From contig NC_043022.1 of NCBI RefSeq assembly GCF_006345805.1, forward strand, positions 14,570,001 to 14,634,000: 64,000 nucleotides of DNA, written 5' to 3'. Every line of letters begins with the position of its first letter. Within the stretch, counting starts at the first letter, position 1. The notes under the pieces were generated by a model. The model worked only from the letters and a program-made list of their open reading frames with translations, was not told the DNA's origin and ran no database searches. Positions 50,109 to 62,734 of the stretch are shown here, piece after piece. The stretch comes from Octopus sinensis (Eukaryota). The position numbers were made by a program, and so were the translations under genes.

Positions 50109-53100
50109 GGATGTCTACACACATATACTCTCTCTTTTACTCGTTTCAGTCATTTGACTGCGGCCATGCTGGAGCACCGCCGTTAATCGAGAAACTCGAC
50201 CCCGGGACTTATTCTTTTGTAAGCCCAGTACTTATTCTATCGGTCTGTTTTGCCGAACCGCTAAGTAACGGGGACAATAACACACCAGCATCGGTTGTCA
50301 AGCAATGCTAGGGAGACAAACACAGACACACACACACGCATATATACGACGGGCTTCTTTCAGTTTCCGTCTACCAAATCCACTCACAAGGCTTTGGTCG
50401 GCACGAGGCTACAGATATTTTTATGGGTATTCATCAGTTGATTGCGGTCATGTAATATCTTGTGCTTGGAACTTCTCACAAACTTCTTGTTCTTCCATCT
50501 CTCAACTTATACCAAACATATACTTTCATTGCTGCACTGGTGACAATCAAATTGAAACATTTTCCCTTTAAAAGCCATCGTGGATAGCTTATCAGCTGAG
50601 CAATAGATGATGGTCAGACCGATGGATTTCTGAAGTTTGTACTTTGGAGCATGTGTCCAAGCTCTTTGTCATCTTAATATCCCATATAATATTTTAATAT
50701 AACAGCCTGGATCCATACTCCAAAGTTATTTCCCAAGCACGGCCACAATCCTCTGATTAAAACCCGTAAAAGGTACCTTTGTACATATATTCACACGCAA
50801 GCCATGCGACGAATCTTGTCAGGCAGTATTCAACTTTCAAAAGAAATAAACAGACAGGGGAGACAACTGTTACACCTCGCTCCTAATCTGTTGTTGGGTC
50901 TCCACAGGTTAAGACCTGCGGCCAACTCCGATCGATATGGAGACTCCAGCAGTTTAAATATTTCTGTGAATTTGTCTACTGGTATTTAAACTGGTCCCTT
51001 CCAGAGTCAGAGTTCAATTCCTATTGGAATCAACTCCACCTTTCATCGCGCATTTTACTCTTAAGAATACGTACGAGGTTTAAGTCAGAAGTAATGCAAT
51101 TTTAAAAAAGTTTTCTATCTGCTTTTTTTACTCAAGTCTTGAATATTGATATTTTCTGGATTCATAACACACACACACACGGGGGTAGGAGTGGCTGTGT
51201 GGTAAGAAGCTTGCTTCCCAACCACGTTTCCCGGCTCAGTCCCACTGCGTGGCACCTTGGGCAAGTGCCTTCTACTATAGCCTCGGGCCAACCAAAGCCT
51301 TGAGTGGATTTGGTAGACAGAAACCGAGAGAAGCCCATTTTATATATGATGTGTTTGTCACCCCCCGCCCATCACTTGACAATTGATGTCGGTATATTTA
51401 TGTCCCTGTAACTTAGCGGTTCGGCAAAAAGAGACCAATAGAATAAGTGCTAGGCTTACAAAGAACGTCCTGGGGTCGGTTTGTTCGACTAAAAGGCAGT
51501 GCTCCAGCATGGCCGCAGTCAAATGACAAACAACTAAAAGAATATGTGTTTGTGTGCAGGCATGTGTGATGAGTTGGTCCCTAACCATGCAGTCCCAGGT
51601 TCAATCCACAGCATGGTACTTTGGGCAAGTGCCTTCTCTTATATCCCTGGGCCAACCAAAGCCTTGTGAGTGGATTTGGTTGGCGGAACTGAAAGAAACC
51701 CGTTATGTGAATTTATGTATGTGTTTGTGCCCCACCATTGCCTGTCAATCGGTGTTGGTTTGTTTACATTCCTGTAACTTGTTCTATTGGTCTTCTGTTT
51801 GCTAAACGACTAAGTACAGGGGTCAATTTGTTTGACTAAACTTTTCAAGGCTGTGCCCCAGCATGGCCGCAGTCCAATAAGTGAAACGACTAAGTTAAAA
51901 GATATAAATACACCTCTGGGTAAAATTGCATCTACTAAGGTAATCCTGGGTAGATTCAATTTACTTTCTTCACCCTTCGGGTTTTTGGGGACAGTGGGAT
52001 GGTGGGTATAGGTGGGCCTCTCTGCAACAAGCCTTCTAGTATTTACTTTTTAAGTTTTCTTTCCTGATAAAATCCCCTTTTTTATATATTTGATTCTTAA
52101 CCCTTTAACATTTAACCCAACCATGTCCAGCCCAAATGTCCTACTTGTTCTGTGTCCAAACCATCCAGATTTGGCCTCTGATGCCTGTCTTAGAATGTCA
52201 TTCTTAAATTAACCCTTTCGTTACCAACCCGGCTGAAACCAGCTCTGGCTCTATAGTAAAAATGTCTTGTTTTCTTAAGTTTTGAATTAAAATCTTCCAC
52301 CAAATCTTAGTCACAATTTATGTTCCTAATACAAGCTGAATGATAACTAAGTTATTTTACTAAATTCTTTGTTATGTTTAAAGTAATTGAAAGAAACACA
52401 GAGCATCTCAAAAGAAATACAGTAACGAAAGGGTTAAGCAATCACATCACCGAAATCTCAAAGCTTTGAGACAATGCGTAATTAATTCTAAACAATGTGA
52501 ATTAATCAGTATTTGACAGAATAGTCTGAATGCTAAACGGTTAAAACTAGGACAGAAAGCGGACAGAATCATCGGGACATTTGGACAAAACGCTGCCAAG
52601 CAGTTTGTCCATCTTTTTATATTCATAGAAGAATACCATGTACATTCAAACACAAAAGAGATACCCAAAGAATAGGATATCTGACTCACTAGAAAGAGCA
52701 GTTAAAACTCCAAGCCACCAATTATTGTAATTCCGAAAGTGATTGGAAAATAAAAACTTTTACCTTAATCCTAGACCCTGCAAGGTTTCTGCAGAATTAA
52801 ATACAGACTGAAATAAAATAATTTCAGTCCATATCTGGCGCTGCTTCCTCAGTAGGTTGCCAGGACTGAACACATATATTCATAGTTCAAATTCCACCGA
52901 AGTCGATTTTGCCTTTCAGTGTGTCAGGGGCCGATAAAATCAAATAGCAGTCAACCACTGGGGCTGATGTAATCAACCTGTCTCCTCCTCCTCCCAAGTT
53001 TCAGTCCTGGTGCTTCGAGTAAAAAGGATTATTTGATGCTTAAAACTGTTGCTGATTATTTTGTTTGGTTTTGTTTGTTTTTTTGAGAGTGGATTTGAAC

Positions 53101-56100
53101 ATGTTTTTAATTGAATATGATTTTACTGTTATGGGTAATTAACTAATTAGTTTGTTTTTGGTTGTTAAAGGCATGTCTAATGCAATGTGGTTACTAACAT
53201 TCAAATGATTTGCTGTTCATGTCCCTCCCTCCCCACATACTCCATTTCCCCTCCCCTCGTCACAAACACCCCAAACAATCTTCAATGGTTGCCTTTGCTT
53301 CTCATCTCTGTTATCAATGCTACAACAGCCTGTGTTAATGCAAGTCGCACAATTCATGACCACCACCATCAAATTTTTCAATCCTATCAAATATAAAGAA
53401 AAAGGCTTTCAGTGAGGCTATAATAGACCAGCGGCTCTCAACTGCAGATCCCAGAACTGCATTCAGCCCCTGGTGGTCTTCCTTCTATAAACATAAACTT
53501 TGCTTTAATTAAATTATATTTTACTTTTTGGTGTGGGGGAGACCCCTAAACAAAAAGAAAAAAAAATCCGGGTTTTGGATCTGGTCTGGATATTAAAATG
53601 GTTGAGAACCATTGCTTTTGACTTTGCAGCTCCCTAATTCTACCACAACCCCCATCAAACATTCATCTGCAACCCTCCAAACTAAATAGTGATCCTACAA
53701 AATCTTCAGGAAACCCTTTAGCGCAAATCCAGTCTACAAAATCCTTTTGGGCTCTAGACTATTTTTTTCTCGTTTGATGCCTTCCAATTCCTTTTGTTTG
53801 GGAGGCCATGGTTTCTTAGCGATTGACCCTTGACCCCCAACCTGTATGCAACCAACCTTTATTACTACTAACAAACTAAACCCTTCCTAGTTCTCCTTGC
53901 ACCGAATGCTGTTGCTGTGGTTACTACTGACCCGTTTTAATGGAATGAACTCTTAAACAAGTCCATCCGTTATTTATTGCAATGACTTTCATTGGTGCTC
54001 AATGATTTGCAGACCTCCGACAGCGAAATTCAGTTCACGGAACCATTGTCAGTGGACACGGTCAAGCAGCAGTTGACCTGCGTCCCTCTCGCCACGGCAA
54101 CACAGGTCAGCGTCCTGTTAGTGCCATGGCTCACATCGGTTCACCATCGACACATTTTTCACCTTCCTACCCCGACCATGTGGGAGCATCTGCCAGATTT
54201 GAAGCTTCTCTTGGTTAGTATCTTTCTCCAGCTTCTGTCTTCATTTTTCTGTTTGAAACCAAAAACTTTCTGTGAGATTTTTCCAATTTAGAGACGTTTG
54301 TGTGGTACCTGTGCATAATTAGAAGTTGCCCACCTGCCAAATAGGGATCTATGCATAGGTAACTTCACACCTGCAACCTGCTGGGAAACCCCAGGTACTG
54401 CAAGCTTTCTTTTGTTATATGATTTATTTCTGTGTGTGTGTATTGTGTCTGGGGAGGGTCACATTGAATATCAAACACACTCACCAGTTCGATTTCCACT
54501 CATTTATCAAAAATCAAAATTGTAATCGATCAACATCAATGGAATTTGTAGCTGTGATACCAGTGCCAGGGGCACATAAGCGAACCATCCGAATGTGGCC
54601 GTAGCCAGCGCCTCCGTGCCGGTGGCACGTAAAAAGCACCATCTGACCATGGCCGTTGCCAGCTTTGTCTGGTCTCCGTGCCAGTGGTACATAAAAAGCA
54701 CCATCCGATCGTGGCCGTTTGCCAGCCCCGTCTGGCACCTGTGCTGGCAGCATGTAAAATGCACCCACTACACTCATGGAGTGGTTGGCGTTAGGAAGGA
54801 GCTTCCAGCCGTAGAAACACTGCCAGATCAGACTGGAGCCTGGTGCAGCCATCTGGCTTCCCAGACCCCAGTTGAACCGTCCAACCCGTGCTAGCATGGA
54901 AAGCGGATGCTAAATGATGATGATGATTATTATTATTTTTTTTCCTTTCAAAATTTTCGTTGCTCTTTGCAACCTTGTCAACGGATGTTGGCTCTCAGAG
55001 AGTCAACATCCATTGACAATGTTGCAATAAGCAACGAAAATAAACGAGTAGAAGTCAAACCAGTGAGTGTGTTAGATATTAAGGGACTAAGAAGGCAGCG
55101 AGCTGGCAGAAACGTGAGTACGCCAGGCGAAATGCTTAGCAGTATTTTGTCTGCTGTTACGTTCTGAGTTCAAATTCCGCTGAGGTCGACTTTGCCTTTC
55201 ATCCTTTCGGGGTCGATATACTAAGTACCAGTTACGCACTGAGGTCAATGTAATCGACATAATACTTTTGTCTGTCCTTGTTTGTCTCCTCTGTGTTTAG
55301 CCCCCTGTGGGCAATAAAGAAATAAGAATGTCTCTTCCCAGATAACAGATTTAATGTATTAGCAAAGAAACACTACACTTTAATTAATTCTATAGACTAA
55401 TCAAATGAGTTACTGAATTAATGAAAGCAGAGTTTTTTTTTTTTTTTTCTTTTTTAACCCAAACTCTAAATGTGAGAAACAAGACTATTTGCTCGTTAGC
55501 TTCAATTATCTTAAACTTGTCTCAAGTCCCTCTTTTGGATTTCTGATCTCCTTCATCTCTGAAGGAGATAAGGCTTTTCTTCTCTGTGTGTGATGTTTGG
55601 CCCCTATTTACTGCACAGACCTGTTTCTCGTGTCATCACTCATGTAAAATGCTTTGTGTATGTGTGTTGTGTGTATAAAAATGTGTGAAGATGCGTGGCC
55701 TAGTGGTTTGGGTGATTTCCAGATTGGACACCACATTGCTCTACAGGCAGGAGGAGAGCGGCAGAACAGTTGGCACATTAGCAGAGATGCTTTAGGGCAG
55801 TGGTTTTCAACCAGGGTTCCACCAGTACAGTCCAGGGGTTCCGCAAGAAGTTACAAAACTGCTAAAATCGGCAGTAATTTTTAATTCTCCTGTGCAGATA
55901 TGTGTGCATAAGACTATCAAATTATTGCACAGGGGTTCCTCGAGCCAGTGGAACGTTTCCTTGGGGTTCCGCTCCAGCAAAAAAGGTTGAAAAGCACTGC
56001 TTTAGGGTATATCTTCCGTGTCTCCCTGTTATGAGTTCAAATCCCACCTGCCTGGAGAAGGTGACCTTTTTCTTTCCTTTAAAAATTGGCACAAACTTTC

Positions 56101-59100
56101 CGGACAATCCAATACTTTGTGGATTTTCACCTATCATGGGAGGTTTTAGAACATAACACCCAGGATAGTCGAGGGATCACTGTATACACATCAGTTTCTT
56201 TTGTTTATGTATCCATTGTTTACCATCAAACTGTGATTTATTGAGTTGTTAAATCATCCCCGTCTAATTTAACCCTTTTGTTACTGTATTTAGAGATGCT
56301 CTGTGTTTCTTTCAATTACTTTAAATATAACAAAGAATTTAGTAAAATAACTTAGTTATCATTAAGCTAGTGTTAGGAACATAAACTGTGACTAAGATTT
56401 GGTGGAAGATTTTAATTCAAACCTTATGAAAACAGGACATTTGTACCCAGAGCCTGAGGCAGGTTGGTAATGAAAAGGTTAATCTGTAATTAGTTATTTG
56501 CTGAATGCGTCACACAAATTGCCATCTGTGCTGGTAGCATGTAAACACCCCCCGGTGTCACACAAATGGCACCCACTACACTCTCAGGGTGGTTGGCATT
56601 AGGAAGGGCATCCAGCTGTAGGAAACCTTACCAAATCAGACTGGAGTCTAGTGCAGCCTTCCAACTCAAAAGTCTCAGTCAAACCATCCAACCCATGCCA
56701 GCATGGAAAGCAGACGTTAAATGATGACGATGATGAAGATGTTTATCTTTTGCTTGTTAGGGCACCACCTTGAAAGGTTTTTAGTCAAACGAATCGACGC
56801 CAGGACTTATCTTTGAAAATCTAGTGCACTTTATGTTGGCCTTCATTGTTGAACTGCTAAGTTACCAGGACAAACAAATCAACCCCGTTTGTCAAGTAGG
56901 GGAAAAGGGATAAACATCCACATGGTATGTGGTTAAGGAGTTTAAGATGTGCATTTCCTGACTGCAGGGTTTTGGGTTCAATCCCATTGTACAATTCGAC
57001 TAGACCCCCTCTGCCAAATTTCAGGCCTTGTGCCTATAGTAGAAAAGATTATTATTATTATTATTATTATAATTAAGGCTGCTAGCTGGCAGAATCGTTA
57101 GCACACCAGGTGAAACGCTTAGTGGCATTTCATCCATCTTTCATCATCATCATCATTGTTCGACCGTGGTTGAGACAATGGAATTTACCATGCTACACCA
57201 GACTTCACGTTCCATCATGGCATTACGGAGGTCCTGTTGCTGGATGCCTGTATCCCTGGAGATTACATCAGGGTAGGAGAGTGTGCGCCCTCTGGCATTG
57301 CGAGTAGATGGCTTCCAGATGAGGAGAGTAGAAATTACCTCTTTTTCAGCTCTACAACAATGTCCAGCAAACTTTAAGTTCTGCTGAGGTCGACTTTATT
57401 GTTTGTCTTTTTGAGGTCAGTAAATTATCAGTCTAACACTGGGGTCAGTGTAATGAACTCACCCCTCCTCCGAAATTGCTGGCCTTGTGCCAAAATCTGA
57501 AATTGTTGTTGTTGTGACACACAAACTACACTTTGTGACTTGTCTATGAATGTTCCGTTTTTATTTTCTCATTTCTCATATTTTTCCATGTGTTTTTCTA
57601 TTTCTAGATGGTTCTGGCCCCGAGGGGGAACGCCATATTGATCAGGTGCTGCAGGACTATCCCTGGTTCCATGGCATGTTGCTGCGCCGAGATGCAGCGC
57701 AGTTAGTATTGCAGCAAGGTCCAATTGGTCACGGAGTGTTCCTGGTGCGCCAGAGTGAGACACGAAAGGGAGAGTATGTGTTGACATTTAACTTCCAGGG
57801 AAGAGCTAAGGTAGGTCCACACTACAACTCCTCCTCCTCCCTCACACACACACACACTCTTTCTCTCTCATAGTCATACACATTCTGTCCACACACAACA
57901 ATGGCCCAGTGGTTAGGGCAGCGGACTCACGGTGGGAGGATTGCAGTTTCGATTCCCAGACTGGGCGTTGTGTGTGTTTATTGAGCGAGAACACCTAAAT
58001 CTCCATGAGGCTCCGGCAGGGGGTGGTGGCGATCCCTGTTGTACTCTTTGGCCACAACTTTCTCTCATTCTCTCTTCCTGTTTCTTGAGTAATGCTACGA
58101 TGGACTAGTGTTCTGTCCAGCTGGGGGGAACACATACGCCATAGAAACCGGGCCCATGAGCTTGGCTAGGCTTAAAAAGGGTGACGTTTATCGTTTTATA
58201 TATATATAGCAGACACTAGAGCCTGGTGCAATCTTCTGACTTGTCAGTTGCTCCAGAACTGGCCAACATGTGCTAGTCTGGAAAATGGACATCAAATGGT
58301 GATGTGAGACACACACATCTTAGAGAGGTAAGACAAAAAAAACACAGATTTGTTTTATAGGATTTGAGAGTATATTAAGAGCCATGATAAGACATTATAC
58401 AAAAGGCGGCGAGCTGGCAGAAACGTTAGCATGCCATGCGAAATGCTTAGCAGTTTTTCGTCTGCCGTTACGTTCTGAGTTCAAATTCCGCCGAGGTCGA
58501 CTTTGCCTTTCATCCTCTCGGGGTTGATAAATTAAGTACCAGTTTCGCACTGGGGTCGATGTAATCGACTTAATCCCTTTGTCTGTCCTTGTTTGTCCCC
58601 TCTATGTTTAGCCTCTTGTGGGTAGTAAAGAAATAGATGACATTATACAATTTTGTACAAAAATAAGGTTTTGTTCATGTCACCTTTGGTCAAGAGGGGA
58701 CAATGCACCGTCCACAGGTCTGGTCAGTAGCCCTCAACAGGTTGTCACATAGCAACCTCCAGTTGTCTTCTGCAATATGTGATGCTATATCCTCCTCTTT
58801 TCATCAAAAGCTTCAAGTAATACGTCTCTAAATCTCCGTCCATTCAGAAGATCCCCAAACTTCCAGACCCTTCTCTTCCTGGTCTTCTTCTGAGAAGCCA
58901 TTTAGCCTTGATCCTGAAGTTGCTAACAACCAACCTATGTTGTGGGGTGCATTCTTCACCTGGGAAAGTTTTGGCATTTATAAGTAGCCATGTTTCCCGT
59001 TTCCTGGTGAGGATGTAGTCAATCTGAGTAGTGTGTCCACCTGACTGGTTGGTGAACAGGTGACTGGCAGGTGTCCTGAAGTTAGTATTACAGATCATAA

Positions 59101-62100
59101 GATCATTTGCATTACAGAACTCCAGTAACCTGGTTCCCTCCTCATTGCAGGAAATAAATCCATAGACACCATGGAAGCCCCCTGCATGTTGTCCAACATG
59201 CCCATTGAAATCGCCAGCCACAAAGAGAAGGTCCCTGTCATTTGTCAACGAGGTAGTCTGCAAGAGGGTACCATAAAATCTGTGTTGCTGTTCATCAGGT
59301 AGCCTCGGCTGAGGGACATAAGCCAAGATAATGGATGCTAATCCATGTTGCAGCAGCAGTCTAAGCTTAAGTATTCTCTCACAGGCTCTGACTACCTCAA
59401 TTACCTTAACAATCCCATCACTGTTCCCTACCCAGAAAATCTTATACCTATGTTCTTTGCCTGTGAGGAACCTAGCAGAACTCCCTCTCCACCTTACTTC
59501 TTGGATGCAGCACAAATCTACACGTCTCTGTTCAAGCATCTCACCCGACCCACCTTTCAATGTACCGACATTAAATGTGCCAACTGTGAGGGTGTGCAAG
59601 GTGTGGGCCGGCGAGACCCTTGGATGGGGGATAGCAGCATTATGCATCTGAAAAGCTCGTTATGTGTATTTGGCAGACATCGTTAACATAGAAATAGGCT
59701 TCAACCTGCAATACACTTCACCATCATTATATCCGCTTCATAATCACTCCACTCAACAGGAGACAGACACTAGATAGGGATGGAGGGGGGAACACGTTCT
59801 GTACAGGTGACGGTCAGAGTTGCTCAGGAGAAAGACATCCAGTATAGGGGGGTTGGGAGGGTGCACTGCAAACAGCAAAACACTATGGCTGCCCCTATAC
59901 CCTAGCTAAAGCCGATGTAGCATGGCCACACACTTTTCTATGCTTGCATGGGTGGTGAAGAAATTTGTTGGGACAGATTTTCTGCAGCTGGATGCCCTTG
60001 CTGTCGCCAACCCTCACCTGTTCCCAATTAAAGGTAATGCTTCTGCATGACCAGACATGTTTCCAGGGAAGACTGGAAATGTTGGGGGAGGCATCTGCTT
60101 ACAACTATCCCATGCGGTCAAGGCAAAGAGACAGCAACGCAAACACCTGTCACGTGACTAGCCAGACTCTCGGATGTTGTTATACATCACTGGTCACAAT
60201 GCACTTTGCATCATTTCAGCTTTGAAATGATGCCCCCCCCCTCCACTGGCTTGGGCAAGCAAGCCAATATTCCCCTTTGATTGGGAAGCTGGTCGGTTGC
60301 AGTGTGACCTCTTTTACAGGTGAGTCAGGATGGGGACAATGTAGAATGAAGGGTTTTGCTCAAGAACACATGCTGCCCAGTCTCGGATTTGAACCCACAA
60401 TCTTGCAATCCTCGGTGCAACACCCTAACTATACACCTTCATAATTATACATACATACATAGATACATCTTATTTCTTTACTACCCACAAGGGGCTAAAC
60501 AAGGACAGACAAAGGGATTAAGTCGATTACATCAACCCCAGTGTGTAACTGGTACTTAATTTATCGACCCCGAAGGGATGAAAGGCAAAGTTGACCTTGG
60601 TGGAATTTTAACTCAGAACGTAGTGGTAGGTGAAATACCGCTAAGCATTTTGCCCGGCGTGCTAACGATTCTGCCAACTCAGCGCCTTCTCTCAGTTTCT
60701 ATCAACCAATTCCAATCTCAAGGCCAAAGACTATTGTAGAAGACAACTTGCTTGAAGTGCCATGCAGTGGGATTGAACCTTAAACCATAACATGCAACCT
60801 GTCAGATACATTCCGTGTGTTGTTGCTGCCAACACACACACACACACATGGAGTAGATCCCTGTCTGCACGGCCTCCGACATACACACATGGGGACGGTG
60901 AGGGGATGCAACTTGGATGCAGAATACCAACATTCTGAACATAACCTCCCACAAACGCTGTCATCACCATGGCAGTGCCATACCATCCACACAGCCCCCT
61001 CAACTCATCCATACTCAACTAGTCACACTGGCACTCAACATCTTCACCACCTCAGCGGCAGTGCCTCTGCCTTAGGTCAGGTAAGGCTACAGACTAAAAC
61101 CCCCCCCCAAAAAAAATAAATAAATAAATAAAAGAGTGTGATGGTCACAATAGGAAGGCCTTTAACACTTTTGCTACCCTATTTCTGTTCAGATGCTCTG
61201 GGTTTCTTTCAACTGATTTTAAACATAACAACGATTTAGTAAAATAACTTAGTTATATCATTAAGCTTGTGTTAGGAACATAAATTGTGACTAAGGTTTG
61301 GTGGAAGATTTTAATTTAGAACTTATAAAAACAAGACATTTCTACTCAGAGCCAGAGGCAGTTTCAGATGGGTTCGTATCAAAAGGCTTAGGGATTGTTT
61401 CTCTATTATATATTTTAACCCTTTTGTTACCCTATTTCTTTTGAGATGCTCTGTATTTCTTTCAATTACTTTAAATATAACAAAGAATTTAGTAAAATAA
61501 CTTCGTTATCATTAAGCTAGTGTTAGGAACATAAATTGTGACTAAGGTTAGATGGAGGATTTTAATTCAGAACTTAATGGCTTCTTCCTAACGCCAACCA
61601 CTCCACGAGTGTAGTGCGCGTAAAAAGCACCCACTACACTCGCGGAGTGGTTGGCGTTAGGAAGGGCATCCAGCTGTAGAAACATTGCCAGATCAGACTG
61701 GAGCCTGGTGCAGCCTTCTGGCTTCCCAGACCCCAGTTGAACCGTCCAACCCATGCTAGCATGGAAAACGGACGTTAAACGATGATGATGAAGTATCTTT
61801 TTTTTTTAGTATTTTTGTTCATTGTTGTTTCATTTGAATAACTCTGTCTTGTCTTTCTCTCTCTCTCCTTCAGCATCTCCGGATGACAATCCAAGATGAT
61901 GGTCAGTGCCGAGTACAACATCTTTGGTTCCAGACCATCTTTGACATGCTGGAACACTTCCGGAGCCACCCAATCCCGTTGGAGTCTGGTGGAGCATCTG
62001 ACGTCACCCTCACCGATTACGTCATCTCGATGGAACGGCCGAGGACGCCGTCCACCCTTCCAAGGAACTCCCCGCGCCTCATGTCTCACTCCGGCCGGTC

Positions 62101-62703
62101 GTCGTCCACATCGAATCTTGGTACGAGGAACAATGCGACTCCGGTGCAAACTGGTGCCGTTAATGGGACGAACAGTGGTGGTGGTGGTGGTGGTACAGTG
62201 GGTGTGGCAAGCAGTGTCTCAGGTGGAGTTAGTAGCATAGTGGTGGCGGGTTCCCAGGGAGGAAGTGGCGGTGGTGGTGGTGGTGGTGGTGGACAGGGGC
62301 ACCTTGTTGGGATAATACCAGTCTCGCTGGGTAGTGGTAGTGGTGGTAGTGGTGGCAGCGGCGGGGGTGGTGTGGCTAACATAGTTCCCGTGGGGGCGGT
62401 TGTTGGTGGTGGTGGCATAAGTGGGGTTGTCGCTAGTGCTGTGGTGGGGGGGCTGTCGGTCGGCGGTGGCGGTGGTGGCGGGGGAGGAGGAGGAGTGGTG
62501 GGAGGCGGAGTGGGCGGGCTGGTGATGGGGCACGTGAACTCCCACCGTGCCGGGATGACCGAAAACGGCAGGGACGTGATAGTGGTCAGCGGGTCAGTTC
62601 GCTCGCGGACGGAGTCGATCGAGAACGTCGTCCGCGAGCAGACCCAGGGGGCCCAACAGCAGCAACAACAACAACAACAACAGCAACTGTTACAACAACA
62701 ACT

Positions 62704-62734
<31 letters not shown>

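Noticed and set aside
53992-54291. 99-aa ORF in the track
   Set aside because: The splice-phase-compatible reading is a different frame (54013-54213).
58844-59647. 267-aa ORF as a host gene
   Set aside because: It carries AP-endonuclease motifs of an RTE LINE and degrades immediately downstream.
62086-62545. Minus-strand Pro/Thr-rich ORFs
   Set aside because: They are antisense shadows of the Gly-rich SH2B exon.
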